From Thermodesulfobacteriota bacterium (GTDB lineage: Bacteria; Desulfobacterota; Desulfomonilia; UBA1062): a stretch of 64,000 nucleotides of DNA. The notes below the pieces were generated by a model, which did not search any database, was not told the DNA's origin, and worked only from the letters and a program-made list of their open reading frames with translations. Location: positions 17,770 to 81,769 of the forward strand of contig DAISYU010000001.1 of NCBI GenBank assembly GCA_036825155.1. Direction: 5' to 3'. Made by a program: the position numbers and the translations under genes. The first letter of the stretch is position 1; the number at the start of each line of letters is the position of its first letter. Of this stretch, positions 50,994 to 59,155 are shown one piece after another.

Positions 50994-51959
50994 TCAAGGC
51001 TTACTCCCCCTGCGCTCGCGAAAATGCCCCCATGCAATGAACAGTTTCCACCAGATCTCCTGAGCCCACTCCAGTACGGGTGACAACCTGGTCTGAAACA
51101 GGCGCCACATGATCTTCCGCTGCCAGACCAGCAGTGTCTGCAGGTTCAGACCGCCTATGCGGTTGATCCTGATGGCGTTCGCGGTGATATTCCAGTAGCG
51201 AGGCGATACTACCGGCTTCCATTTGCCGCTGAGCACCTTGAGCACCTCGAGCGAGCCGAGCGACGAACACAGCCACACAGAGGGGGCTATATGGGTGGGG
51301 GAAGAATCCTCCTCGATAAAGGAGCGGTAGTAGTCGATCCTCCAGTCGGCAAACGGAACATAGAAGTACGTGCCGAACTTGTATTTTCTGATGGCGAGCA
51401 TTTCCTTGAGCTCTTCATACGATCCCAGTGTGGGTACTCCCTCGATGTCCTCCACCGGTGGACTGTCCGGCATGAGTATGCAGACATTCGCCCAGGTGCC
51501 GGATGGGAATATCAACAGGGCAGGTACCCCCAGTCTCTGGGCCTCCCTGAATACGATTACACTGAATGCAAGATCGTCGGCAGCGGGGAATACCACGTCA
51601 ACCCTGGGAATCAGCTCGGAAATCCTCTCATGGTTCAAGAGCTCGGGATATACCTCCACCTGGGCATCAGGATTGATCTTCATGATCTGCTCTCGTATGA
51701 CCTCGGCCTTGTTTCTGCCCAGCGTGTCGGTAAAACAGGCAATCTGCCGGTTCATGTTGGAGAATCCGTAGTTGTCGAATTCCACCAGAATGAAATTACT
51801 CACCCCTGAACGGGCAAGAACAATAGCGACAGTACCGCCAATGCCGCCGCACCCGATAATGAGGACTTTCGAGGTACGGATACGGTCCTGTTCTTTCTCG
51901 GTGAAGACTCCGTAGTTTCTCAGGAAAAGCTCTTGGTAGCCAGGTAGTATATTCATCAA
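50994..51959 (-). CDS. ThiF/HesA/MoeB (E1-like) adenylyltransferase family protein
   Basis: KVLIIGCGGIG, EFDNYGFSNMNRQ, GRNKAE, AADD; no CxxC zinc sites; Trp-rich C-terminal extension. Confidence 0.9.
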   Translation of the reverse strand: MMNILPGYQELFLRNYGVFTEKEQDRIRTSKVLIIGCGGIGGTVAIVLARSGVSNFILVEFDNYGFSNMNRQIACFTDTLGRNKAEVIREQIMKINPDAQVEVYPELLNHERISELIPRVDVVFPAADDLAFSVIVFREAQRLGVPALLIFPSGTWANVCILMPDSPPVEDIEGVPTLGSYEELKEMLAIRKYKFGTYFYVPFADWRIDYYRSFIEEDSSPTHIAPSVWLCSSLGSLEVLKVLSGKWKPVVSPRYWNITANAIRINRIGGLNLQTLLVWQRKIMWRLFQTRLSPVLEWAQEIWWKLFIAWGHFRERRGSKP

Positions 51960-52603
51960 TCCTTTCTTCTATGATGCAATCTGACAGGCAACAGCCCATG
52001 CACAAGTGTAGACAGGAGACATGCTGCTCCCGCACCGATTGCAACGTAGTATGGTTGCAGAAAATACATGAAGACATCGACGTCCACAGTGTAGTGTATA
52101 ATGCCAAGGCCGACAACCGGCATATCCACCAGGGTGCATGCAAACAGAAGCGATCCGAAGAATCCCGCTGCATAGGCAAGCATGAACAAACCGCTCCACA
52201 TGATGAAGAGCCGCCCCTTTTTCCCGGGCATGGTGCTGCCCCAGAAGGCAAGGAACAGGTATCCGAAAAGAACCACCGGGAGCAGTATGACCGCTATGAT
52301 CGGGGTTTCGATAACATACTTGAAGCCTTCAGGCGGAAGATTGTGGATCAGGATGAAGGGATACGCATCGATGGTATACATCCTGTCGTAGACATCTCCG
52401 CGCCACCAGGGGAAGAAGATGGTGCTGAAAAAGACGATTCCGGCAGCCAGGCCGAAAATATTGTAGATGGTGAATTCACGGAAGTGGCCGGTAAACGTCT
52501 TGAGTATATGCCTCATACCCTGGGGATTTGATTCATCCTGCGCCAGACTCCGGCGCGTTGCATCATCGATGAAGATGTTTTCCAGGATCTTAAGAAATTT
52601 CAT
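51956..52603 (-). CDS. Hypothetical membrane protein (about 4 TM)
   Basis: 215 aa; stop overlaps the ThiF start (ATGA). Confidence 0.8.
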   Translation of the reverse strand: MKFLKILENIFIDDATRRSLAQDESNPQGMRHILKTFTGHFREFTIYNIFGLAAGIVFFSTIFFPWWRGDVYDRMYTIDAYPFILIHNLPPEGFKYVIETPIIAVILLPVVLFGYLFLAFWGSTMPGKKGRLFIMWSGLFMLAYAAGFFGSLLFACTLVDMPVVGLGIIHYTVDVDVFMYFLQPYYVAIGAGAACLLSTLVHGLLPVRLHHRRKD

Positions 52604-52695
52604 ATTGTTCCCTTTATAGGTTCAGCATGCGGAAAAATCAAGACAATCGTCCCGGATTCAGGTGTTGCTGCCGCTGTCTTCTCATCCACAGAGCT

Positions 52696-54030
52696 TCAGC
52701 CGGCCAGCACGGCGTCTACTGCATGTGCGAGCTTCTCCTTCGCGGCTGCGATGACATCAGCATCGGACCAGAGAAAGGCCAGCAGGTCCTCTGCCCGGAT
52801 ATGCGCAAAACACAGCAGCAGGATCGGGCAGATTCCGAGCGTCATGGCCAGGGCCGTCTTCTTCTCCCAGGTGTCATATTCATCCGCTGAGCCTGTGGGC
52901 ACAATGCGAGGTATGCCGGATCCGAACATGCGGTAGAACTCAAGTGAGACAGCTCCGGTATCTGAGCTGTTCGCAGTATCCACTGAAGCTGAATGGTTCG
53001 AGGCAAAGAGATCTATGTGCGAGCAGGCTTCCTCGGTAGGAGTGGTCTGGTCCAGCCCTGCAGCTGCGGCAGACGGGTCGATCCCGTTTTCGATACAGTG
53101 TTTCAGCAGCACAACGGCATCAGCCGGGCGCTTCTTTGACAATGCGGCGAATCCTTCATGGTCCAGCAGGAAGACCCCCTGTTTCTTTCCTGCTTTAAAA
53201 AGACTGTGCGAACCAGCCTGAGGGAACTCGAGATAACTCATGCAGGGAAACGGACAATGGTAGCATGCATGGGCCTTCTTGAAATGTTTCTTGATCAGTT
53301 GAGAAGCGGCCTCGCCGGAACCCATGCTTTTCTGCACCACAAACCGGGGGGTGCTGTACTGGTTCTTCAGTGCCGAAGCCATGGGGCCGCTCATTTCTAT
53401 GGCGTGTTCAGGGAAGCGGATCCCTCCGGCAGCCTTCAATGCAATGGCCCGTATATTCTTCTGCCCGACCGCGCAGCCCAGAGAAGCCTTGTCCAGACTG
53501 CCCCAGAGCCCGGTGGAGAGGCAGGCATGTGCAGAGGAGTTATCCGCGGCATTGCCCGTGAGCAGGACGATCTCGGGACAGTTCCTGCCTCGGGCCAGCA
53601 GCAAGTCTTCCCGCTTGGAAAGATCTCCTGCGAGGGTATCGCCTGGAGTGATCCTGATGGTATTGTCTATCAGCTCGATGATCACGGGGGTCTCGCTGCG
53701 GCCTGTGATCACAAGGAAATCAATCCCCGAGAATTTCAGCTGTGGCCCCGTATTGAGCATGAAGGGGACATGCATCACCTTGTTCCCGTTCGAGTAAAAG
53801 CTTGCCGTCATCAGGCACGATGCCGGGGCAAAACTTCCGGTGAGAGGTCCGGTGCCGAATACCAGAGGGGCGTTGTCTGCATAGCGTTCGAGGAGCACGG
53901 TGCTGAGGCGGACCCCTCCTGTATGCTCGGCGAAGAGTTCAGAGGGAAGATCTATGGTCTCCACTGATGAATTCTCGAGATTCACCAGCGCCATCTTTGC
54001 ATTATAAAAAGGGGTCATGAGTACGTCCAT
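52696..54030 (-). CDS. Degenerate aldehyde:ferredoxin oxidoreductase (AOR) family paralogue
   Basis: AOR N-domain traits (LVFGTGPLTG, GPQLKFSGIDFLVITG, KNIRAI), ACYHCPFPC and LGIC; lacks EYET and DPR. Start at ATG 54030 or coupled ATG 54018. Confidence 0.8.
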   Translation of the reverse strand: MDVLMTPFYNAKMALVNLENSSVETIDLPSELFAEHTGGVRLSTVLLERYADNAPLVFGTGPLTGSFAPASCLMTASFYSNGNKVMHVPFMLNTGPQLKFSGIDFLVITGRSETPVIIELIDNTIRITPGDTLAGDLSKREDLLLARGRNCPEIVLLTGNAADNSSAHACLSTGLWGSLDKASLGCAVGQKNIRAIALKAAGGIRFPEHAIEMSGPMASALKNQYSTPRFVVQKSMGSGEAASQLIKKHFKKAHACYHCPFPCMSYLEFPQAGSHSLFKAGKKQGVFLLDHEGFAALSKKRPADAVVLLKHCIENGIDPSAAAAGLDQTTPTEEACSHIDLFASNHSASVDTANSSDTGAVSLEFYRMFGSGIPRIVPTGSADEYDTWEKKTALAMTLGICPILLLCFAHIRAEDLLAFLWSDADVIAAAKEKLAHAVDAVLAG

Positions 54031-55313
54031 GCTTTGACTTCTCCTGGAATGGTTTTCTGCCAGCGAAAGCGGATCTTTGCGGAGCTGTACGGGCAGGTGT
54101 CCACACAACGCATACACAAGATACACTCGTCCATGGGGATCTTGGGCGCGGTCCCCTCTCTGAGGGCTTCACGGTCGATGATGCCCATGGGGCAGATGTC
54201 GGCGCACTGCATACAGGAAAACTTCTTGCACTGCTTGGCCCCGATCACGATCTTGATCAGGCCTATCTTGGCCGCCAGAGCCAGTACGGCACCCACCGGA
54301 CAGAAGTAGCGGCACCATGACCTGCGCTGTCCCAGTTCAAGGCTTGCGATGGCAGGCACAATGGCAAGTTCTGCTCCCTGCAGCACCCCCGATACCCCGT
54401 ACGACCTGCAGATGCTTCCGATGGGGCATACCGTGCAGAAGGGCTGGAATCCCAGGCCGGCAGCCCCGCCGATCGCTCCGCCAAGGATCCCGTACTTGAT
54501 CATGCGGCTTTTCAGAAATTTCGGCAGGCCGAACTTGGGGACGACAGAGCCCACCAGGTCGAGGAAGAACCCGAAGGGACATACCCATCCGCAGAAGGCC
54601 CTGCCAAGAAGGATAGTCAGTACGATGAGCACGAGGGCAGCACCGGCGCTGGCGAACACGATATGCTTGGTTGCGGCGATATTCTGCAGGGTCCCGGTGG
54701 GACAGGGCAGAGAGACCACCCCTGCCGTGAAATAACAGAACGTGCCCACGAGGACCACCACCAGGAGCAGGAATGAGAGCAGCTGTACCGGCCAGCGCAG
54801 ATATTTGATCCATCCTACGGCCTTACCCCGATAGAAGTGCAGTGCCCCTTCAGGACAATGTTTGACGCACAGGGGGTCACCCTCGCACAGGTCGCATTTT
54901 CTGATCTTGCCGGTCACCGGTTCCACCATCGGGGCCGATTCAGGACAGGCAAGGGTGCAGATCCCGCATTCCACACAGAACAGGCGCCTGATGCGCACGA
55001 TTCCTTCATCGTCCTTGTCGATCGCGCGGGTAGGGCAGGCTTCCAGGCAGAGGGGTTCTCTGCAGTGCAGACACAGGGCCGCAAAGTTCTTGCCTTCCTC
55101 TTCGTTGCGCAGGACCTTTATGCTTGACGACGCCGGCGCCACTTTGTCCACATTCCGGTTGGAACAGACCATCTCGCAGGTCGAACACCCGGTACATTTT
55201 GAGGGATTGAATACAATGACCGGCGGATGTCTGGGCAGTTTCTTCTTGGCAGGCAACGGTCTTAAGTCCTTGATATCTATATATTCAACTTGTTTCTGGG
55301 CAGCTTCGGGCAT
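54015..55313 (-). CDS. Fusion of a 4x[4Fe-4S] ferredoxin (DmsB/CooF-like) and a NapH/MauN-like membrane polyferredoxin
   Basis: CTGCSTCEMVC, CLHCREPLCLEACP, CVECGICTLACP, CDLCEGDPLCVKHCP; then TM helices with CGWVCPFG, CTVCPIG, CRYFCPVG, and two C-terminal clusters. Confidence 0.88.
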   Translation of the reverse strand: MPEAAQKQVEYIDIKDLRPLPAKKKLPRHPPVIVFNPSKCTGCSTCEMVCSNRNVDKVAPASSSIKVLRNEEEGKNFAALCLHCREPLCLEACPTRAIDKDDEGIVRIRRLFCVECGICTLACPESAPMVEPVTGKIRKCDLCEGDPLCVKHCPEGALHFYRGKAVGWIKYLRWPVQLLSFLLLVVVLVGTFCYFTAGVVSLPCPTGTLQNIAATKHIVFASAGAALVLIVLTILLGRAFCGWVCPFGFFLDLVGSVVPKFGLPKFLKSRMIKYGILGGAIGGAAGLGFQPFCTVCPIGSICRSYGVSGVLQGAELAIVPAIASLELGQRRSWCRYFCPVGAVLALAAKIGLIKIVIGAKQCKKFSCMQCADICPMGIIDREALREGTAPKIPMDECILCMRCVDTCPYSSAKIRFRWQKTIPGEVKAWTYS

Positions 55314-55330
55314 CCCTCTCCCCTTTCTCT

Positions 55331-55786
55331 TTACGCATTCCTCAGCAGATATACTTTACGCCTGCAGGCGGGACACATTTCAAGGTATCCCTTGGGTTCA
55401 TCCTTGAGTCGCTCGGTGATAAAGTCCATGACGTGCAGTGCAGCGAAGAGTTCACCGCAGCAGGTGCAGGTGCGGATATCCTTGACCGTTCCCTGCTGGA
55501 TGGCCAGTTGTCTGAGTCCTTTTATGAGATCGCGGTCACTCACCCCTGCAGGGCATACGTCGGTGCCGGCATTGCACTCGGTGCAGTACCAGATGTATTC
55601 GTCGGCAAGGATATCCTCTCCCATCATGACCTTCTTGATCACCCCGCGCGGTGACATCTCGATGGAAAAATTCGGGTACATCTCTGCCATGGGGCACACT
55701 GCCACGCAGCGGCCGCACTCCACACAGCTGTGCGCACCGGAGGCAGTCATGATATCTCTAATCTCTTTTGCACTCTTCATCTTCAT
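55331..55786 (-). CDS. HdrC-like 4Fe-4S protein with C-terminal CxxC...CxxC
   Basis: CVECGRCVAVCP, CTECNAGTDVCP, CTCC...CPAC; ATG 55786 overlaps the fdhA stop (ATGA). Confidence 0.85.
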   Translation of the reverse strand: MKMKSAKEIRDIMTASGAHSCVECGRCVAVCPMAEMYPNFSIEMSPRGVIKKVMMGEDILADEYIWYCTECNAGTDVCPAGVSDRDLIKGLRQLAIQQGTVKDIRTCTCCGELFAALHVMDFITERLKDEPKGYLEMCPACRRKVYLLRNA

Positions 55787-57813
55787 TCCTTCTCCATACG
55801 AGCAGCACATGCCTTGAATTCCGGTATCTTCGAGATCGGATCGAGTTCCTCGATGGTCAGTGCGTTGGCCGGTGCCTCTCTGAAGTGGAACGGTGCAAAG
55901 ATCGACCCTTTCCTGACCCGGGAGGTGATCTTCGCATTCGTGCTGATGGATCCCCTGCGTGTACTCACCCTGATGGCGTCACCGTCTCTGATACCCAATG
56001 AATGTGCATCCGCAGGACTGATCTCCACAAAGGGCTTGTCCACCTCTCGGTGAAGGAAATGCGATCGCCTGGTCATTGTGCCGGTATGATAGTGAGAGAA
56101 CATACGGCCGGTAATGAGCGTATACGGATACGTTTCGTCTGGCATTTCTTTGGGCGGCGTATAGCCCGGGACAACAAAGAGTCCCTTTCCGCGTGAGAAT
56201 CTGCCTTCATGGAGAAAGCGGGTACCGGGATGTGTGTCTTCCGGACAGGGCCATTGCAGACCGGCGCTTCCCAGTCTGTCGAAATGCACACCACCCATAA
56301 TCGGGGTGAGTGACGCGACCTCATCCATTACCTCGCCGGGGTCGGCATATGGGTAATCAAGTCCCAGCGCCTTTCCCATCATGCACAGGATGGTGAAGTC
56401 GTCCCTGGCGTCTCCCGGTGGTTCGACGGCCTTGCGGAGCAGCTGGATCCTCCGCTCGGTATTGGTAAAGGTGCCGGTCTTCTCCGCGTAACATGCACCC
56501 GGCAGCACCAGGTCGGCGAGTTTGGCGGTCTCGGTCAGGAAGATATCCTGCACGATCAGGAAATCGAGTTTGTGCAGGGAGTCGATCACATGACTCTGGT
56601 TCGGATCGGACAAAACAGGATTCTCCGCCATAATGTACAGTGCGCGGATCTTCTTTCCGGCCGAGCCAATGATCTCCGTGACAGTCATGCCGGGGGTAGG
56701 TGAGAGTTCCCTGCCCCAGGCATCCTCGAACTTCCTGAGGATATTCGCATCGGCAACGGTCTGGTACCCGGGGTAGACATTGGGAAGCGCCCCGAGGTCG
56801 CACGCCCCCTGCACATTGTTCTGCCCCCTCAAGGGGCAGATACCCGAGTGCGGTTTGCCGACATGTCCGCACAGCATGGCAAGATTGCATATGGCAAATA
56901 CGTTGGCAGTGCCGCAGGCATGCTGGGTGATTCCCATACAGAATACAATGGATGCTTCCTGCGCGCGGGAATATATCTCTGAAACCCGCGCGATCTCTTC
57001 GGCTGCAATCCCTGATTCATCACTGGCCTCCTCGACGCTCCACCCTGAAAGGTATGCATCCAGCGCATCAAAGGCCTCGGTCCTCTCATTGATGAAATCA
57101 CGAGCCTCCAGGCCCTGGTCGAGAATGTACCGCATCATGCCGTTTATCAGCGGGATGTCGGTGCCGGAGTTGATCTGGAGATGGATGTCGGCGTTGGCAG
57201 CCACCTCGGTTCTCCTGGGATCCACCACGATCAGTGTCGCCCCGTGATCTTTGGCCTTGTAGATCTCGCCCATGATGATGGGGTGGGTTTCCGCAGCGTT
57301 GGAACCGAAGATGATGATACACTCAGCCCCGGTGAAATCGCTGATGGAGTTTGTCATGGCACCGCTGCCCAGGGCCTGCGCCATGGCAGCTGCCGTGGGA
57401 CCGTGACAGAGCCGTGCACAGTGGTCGACATTGTTGGTCTTGAACCCGGCTCTGATCAGTTTCTGGAACAGGTAATTCTCCTCATTGGTGCACTTTGCGG
57501 AGCTCAGTCCGGCAACGGCGTCCGGACCGTAGCTCTCGGCTGCTTCCTTGAGCTTCTTCGCAGCGAGATCGATTGCCTCCTCCCACGATATTTCCTGAAA
57601 CTCTCCGTTCTTCTTGAGCAGGGGCCGGGTGAGCCTGTCCGGATGATGGATAAATTCGTGGGCTGCCCAGCCTTTGATGCACAAGGTACCTTTGGCTACG
57701 GGATGTTTCCTGTCAGGCAGGGTCCTGATGGCCTTGCCGTCTTCAACCTGCAGGATAAACCCGCACCCGGTGCCGCAATAAGGACAGATCGTCTTTACAA
57801 AATCACGTTTCAT
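55783..57813 (-). CDS. fdhA: Cytoplasmic formate dehydrogenase alpha subunit (FdhF-type, Cys-ligated Mo/W-bis-PGD)
   Basis: TICPYCGTGC, SSAKCTNEENY, HCARLCHGPT (Cys, not Sec), PLRGQNNVQGACD, HYHTGTMTRR; no Tat signal. Confidence 0.95.
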   Translation of the reverse strand: MKRDFVKTICPYCGTGCGFILQVEDGKAIRTLPDRKHPVAKGTLCIKGWAAHEFIHHPDRLTRPLLKKNGEFQEISWEEAIDLAAKKLKEAAESYGPDAVAGLSSAKCTNEENYLFQKLIRAGFKTNNVDHCARLCHGPTAAAMAQALGSGAMTNSISDFTGAECIIIFGSNAAETHPIIMGEIYKAKDHGATLIVVDPRRTEVAANADIHLQINSGTDIPLINGMMRYILDQGLEARDFINERTEAFDALDAYLSGWSVEEASDESGIAAEEIARVSEIYSRAQEASIVFCMGITQHACGTANVFAICNLAMLCGHVGKPHSGICPLRGQNNVQGACDLGALPNVYPGYQTVADANILRKFEDAWGRELSPTPGMTVTEIIGSAGKKIRALYIMAENPVLSDPNQSHVIDSLHKLDFLIVQDIFLTETAKLADLVLPGACYAEKTGTFTNTERRIQLLRKAVEPPGDARDDFTILCMMGKALGLDYPYADPGEVMDEVASLTPIMGGVHFDRLGSAGLQWPCPEDTHPGTRFLHEGRFSRGKGLFVVPGYTPPKEMPDETYPYTLITGRMFSHYHTGTMTRRSHFLHREVDKPFVEISPADAHSLGIRDGDAIRVSTRRGSISTNAKITSRVRKGSIFAPFHFREAPANALTIEELDPISKIPEFKACAARMEKE

Positions 57814-58657
57814 GGTTCACCTTCAATGAATCCAGCCACCCGGGCTCCATGAGGGGCGGGCACGGCTCGATAGTCAGATCGCTGAGCACCGGAGAGAGCC
57901 GCTCCAAATCTGTTCCGGCTTCATATCCGTAATTGTTTGCCAGGGTTTCACGCATGGCAACCTGCAGAAGCATCAGGGGAATATTGACCGGGCAGGCATC
58001 CGTACATCCGCCGCAGGCAACGCACGTATCAGACAGGTGAAATGCCCTGATAAGGTGGTAGGACACCATATCCGCAGGGATCTCGCCGCGTCTGACCCAC
58101 AGATCGTCTTCCAGTTTACAGGGTTCACATACACAGATCGGACACGAATTTCTGCATCCGTAGCATTTGATACACCTGCTGAGTTCGGCCGCCCAGTGCT
58201 GCATCCGTGTGCCTGGATCGTCCGAAAGAAACATTCTTGCCCGTTCATCTTCGCGGGGATCAAATCCCTCTGACTTCTCACCCAGGGCGATCGAGGCAGG
58301 GTAGGGTTTTGTACACAGGCATATTCGAGCCTGCTCGGCACTGCAGGCCAGTCCTATGACATGCAGGCGTGCAGGGTCGAACTGGTTGCGCTTGGAAAGT
58401 TCATTCAAGGCCCGTTCATCACAGCCCCGGCAGATGATGCCCAGCCGGTAGTCTTGTGGGGACGAGCGCAGGATGTTCATGGCCAGCTTGGCAAGCAGCC
58501 ATTTGGGCTCAAGTTCCAGCATACCGGTCTCCGCGGCAACCTCGAAGACATACGGATAGGGTTCGTCTTCCACCCGTGCCAGAGCCAGCACCCCGTCAAC
58601 CAGGCCTTCTTCGAGTGCGTTTTTGGCCTTGAGCCGTGCATCTTCTACTAGACTCAC
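57803..58657 (-). CDS. FdhB/FlxC-like 4Fe-4S subunit
   Basis: CRGCDERA, IGLAC, CIKCYGCRNSCP, CVACGGCTDACP; GTGA-coupled to mvhD. Confidence 0.85.
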   Translation of the reverse strand: MSLVEDARLKAKNALEEGLVDGVLALARVEDEPYPYVFEVAAETGMLELEPKWLLAKLAMNILRSSPQDYRLGIICRGCDERALNELSKRNQFDPARLHVIGLACSAEQARICLCTKPYPASIALGEKSEGFDPREDERARMFLSDDPGTRMQHWAAELSRCIKCYGCRNSCPICVCEPCKLEDDLWVRRGEIPADMVSYHLIRAFHLSDTCVACGGCTDACPVNIPLMLLQVAMRETLANNYGYEAGTDLERLSPVLSDLTIEPCPPLMEPGWLDSLKVNHET

Positions 58658-59142
58658 GTATCACCTCTTCTGTAATCGTTCATATTTGACCGTGACCATG
58701 CCTGAACCGGCGGCAGATCCTGAAGCCTGCGATAAAACTCCCCGATGACATCTGCAAACTGATGGTGTTCATGGGCGGTGCCGAAGCTGGTGAAGAGGCG
58801 TCGGGAATCAATCCCCACCGTATCCAGCAGCGGTCTCAAGAGTTCAAGCCTTTTGGCTGCACGGTGGTTGGCGTTATTGTAGCGGCAGCCGCCCAGGTGG
58901 CAGCCCATCACCGCTACACCGTCTATTCCCGAGGAAAAAGCCCTGATGACCGCGTCAGCCTCGACACGTGAGGCACATTCCACCGGGATGACCCGGAAAT
59001 TCACGGGAAGCTGTACCTTGTTCTTTCCTGCCGCATCTGCACCGATAAGCGCGCACCACTTACAGGCAAATACCACTACCTTTGGTGCTGCGTTGTGTCG
59101 GGTGCTCTCGGCATGATCACTCAGCAGTATCTCTTGTGTCAT
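58654..59142 (-). CDS. mvhD: MvhD/FlxD-like [2Fe-2S] subunit
   Basis: FACKWC...GADAAG, VECASRV, GCHLGGCRY. Confidence 0.92.
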   Translation of the reverse strand: MTQEILLSDHAESTRHNAAPKVVVFACKWCALIGADAAGKNKVQLPVNFRVIPVECASRVEADAVIRAFSSGIDGVAVMGCHLGGCRYNNANHRAAKRLELLRPLLDTVGIDSRRLFTSFGTAHEHHQFADVIGEFYRRLQDLPPVQAWSRSNMNDYRRGDT

Positions 59143-59155
59143 AGCGCACCTTCTC

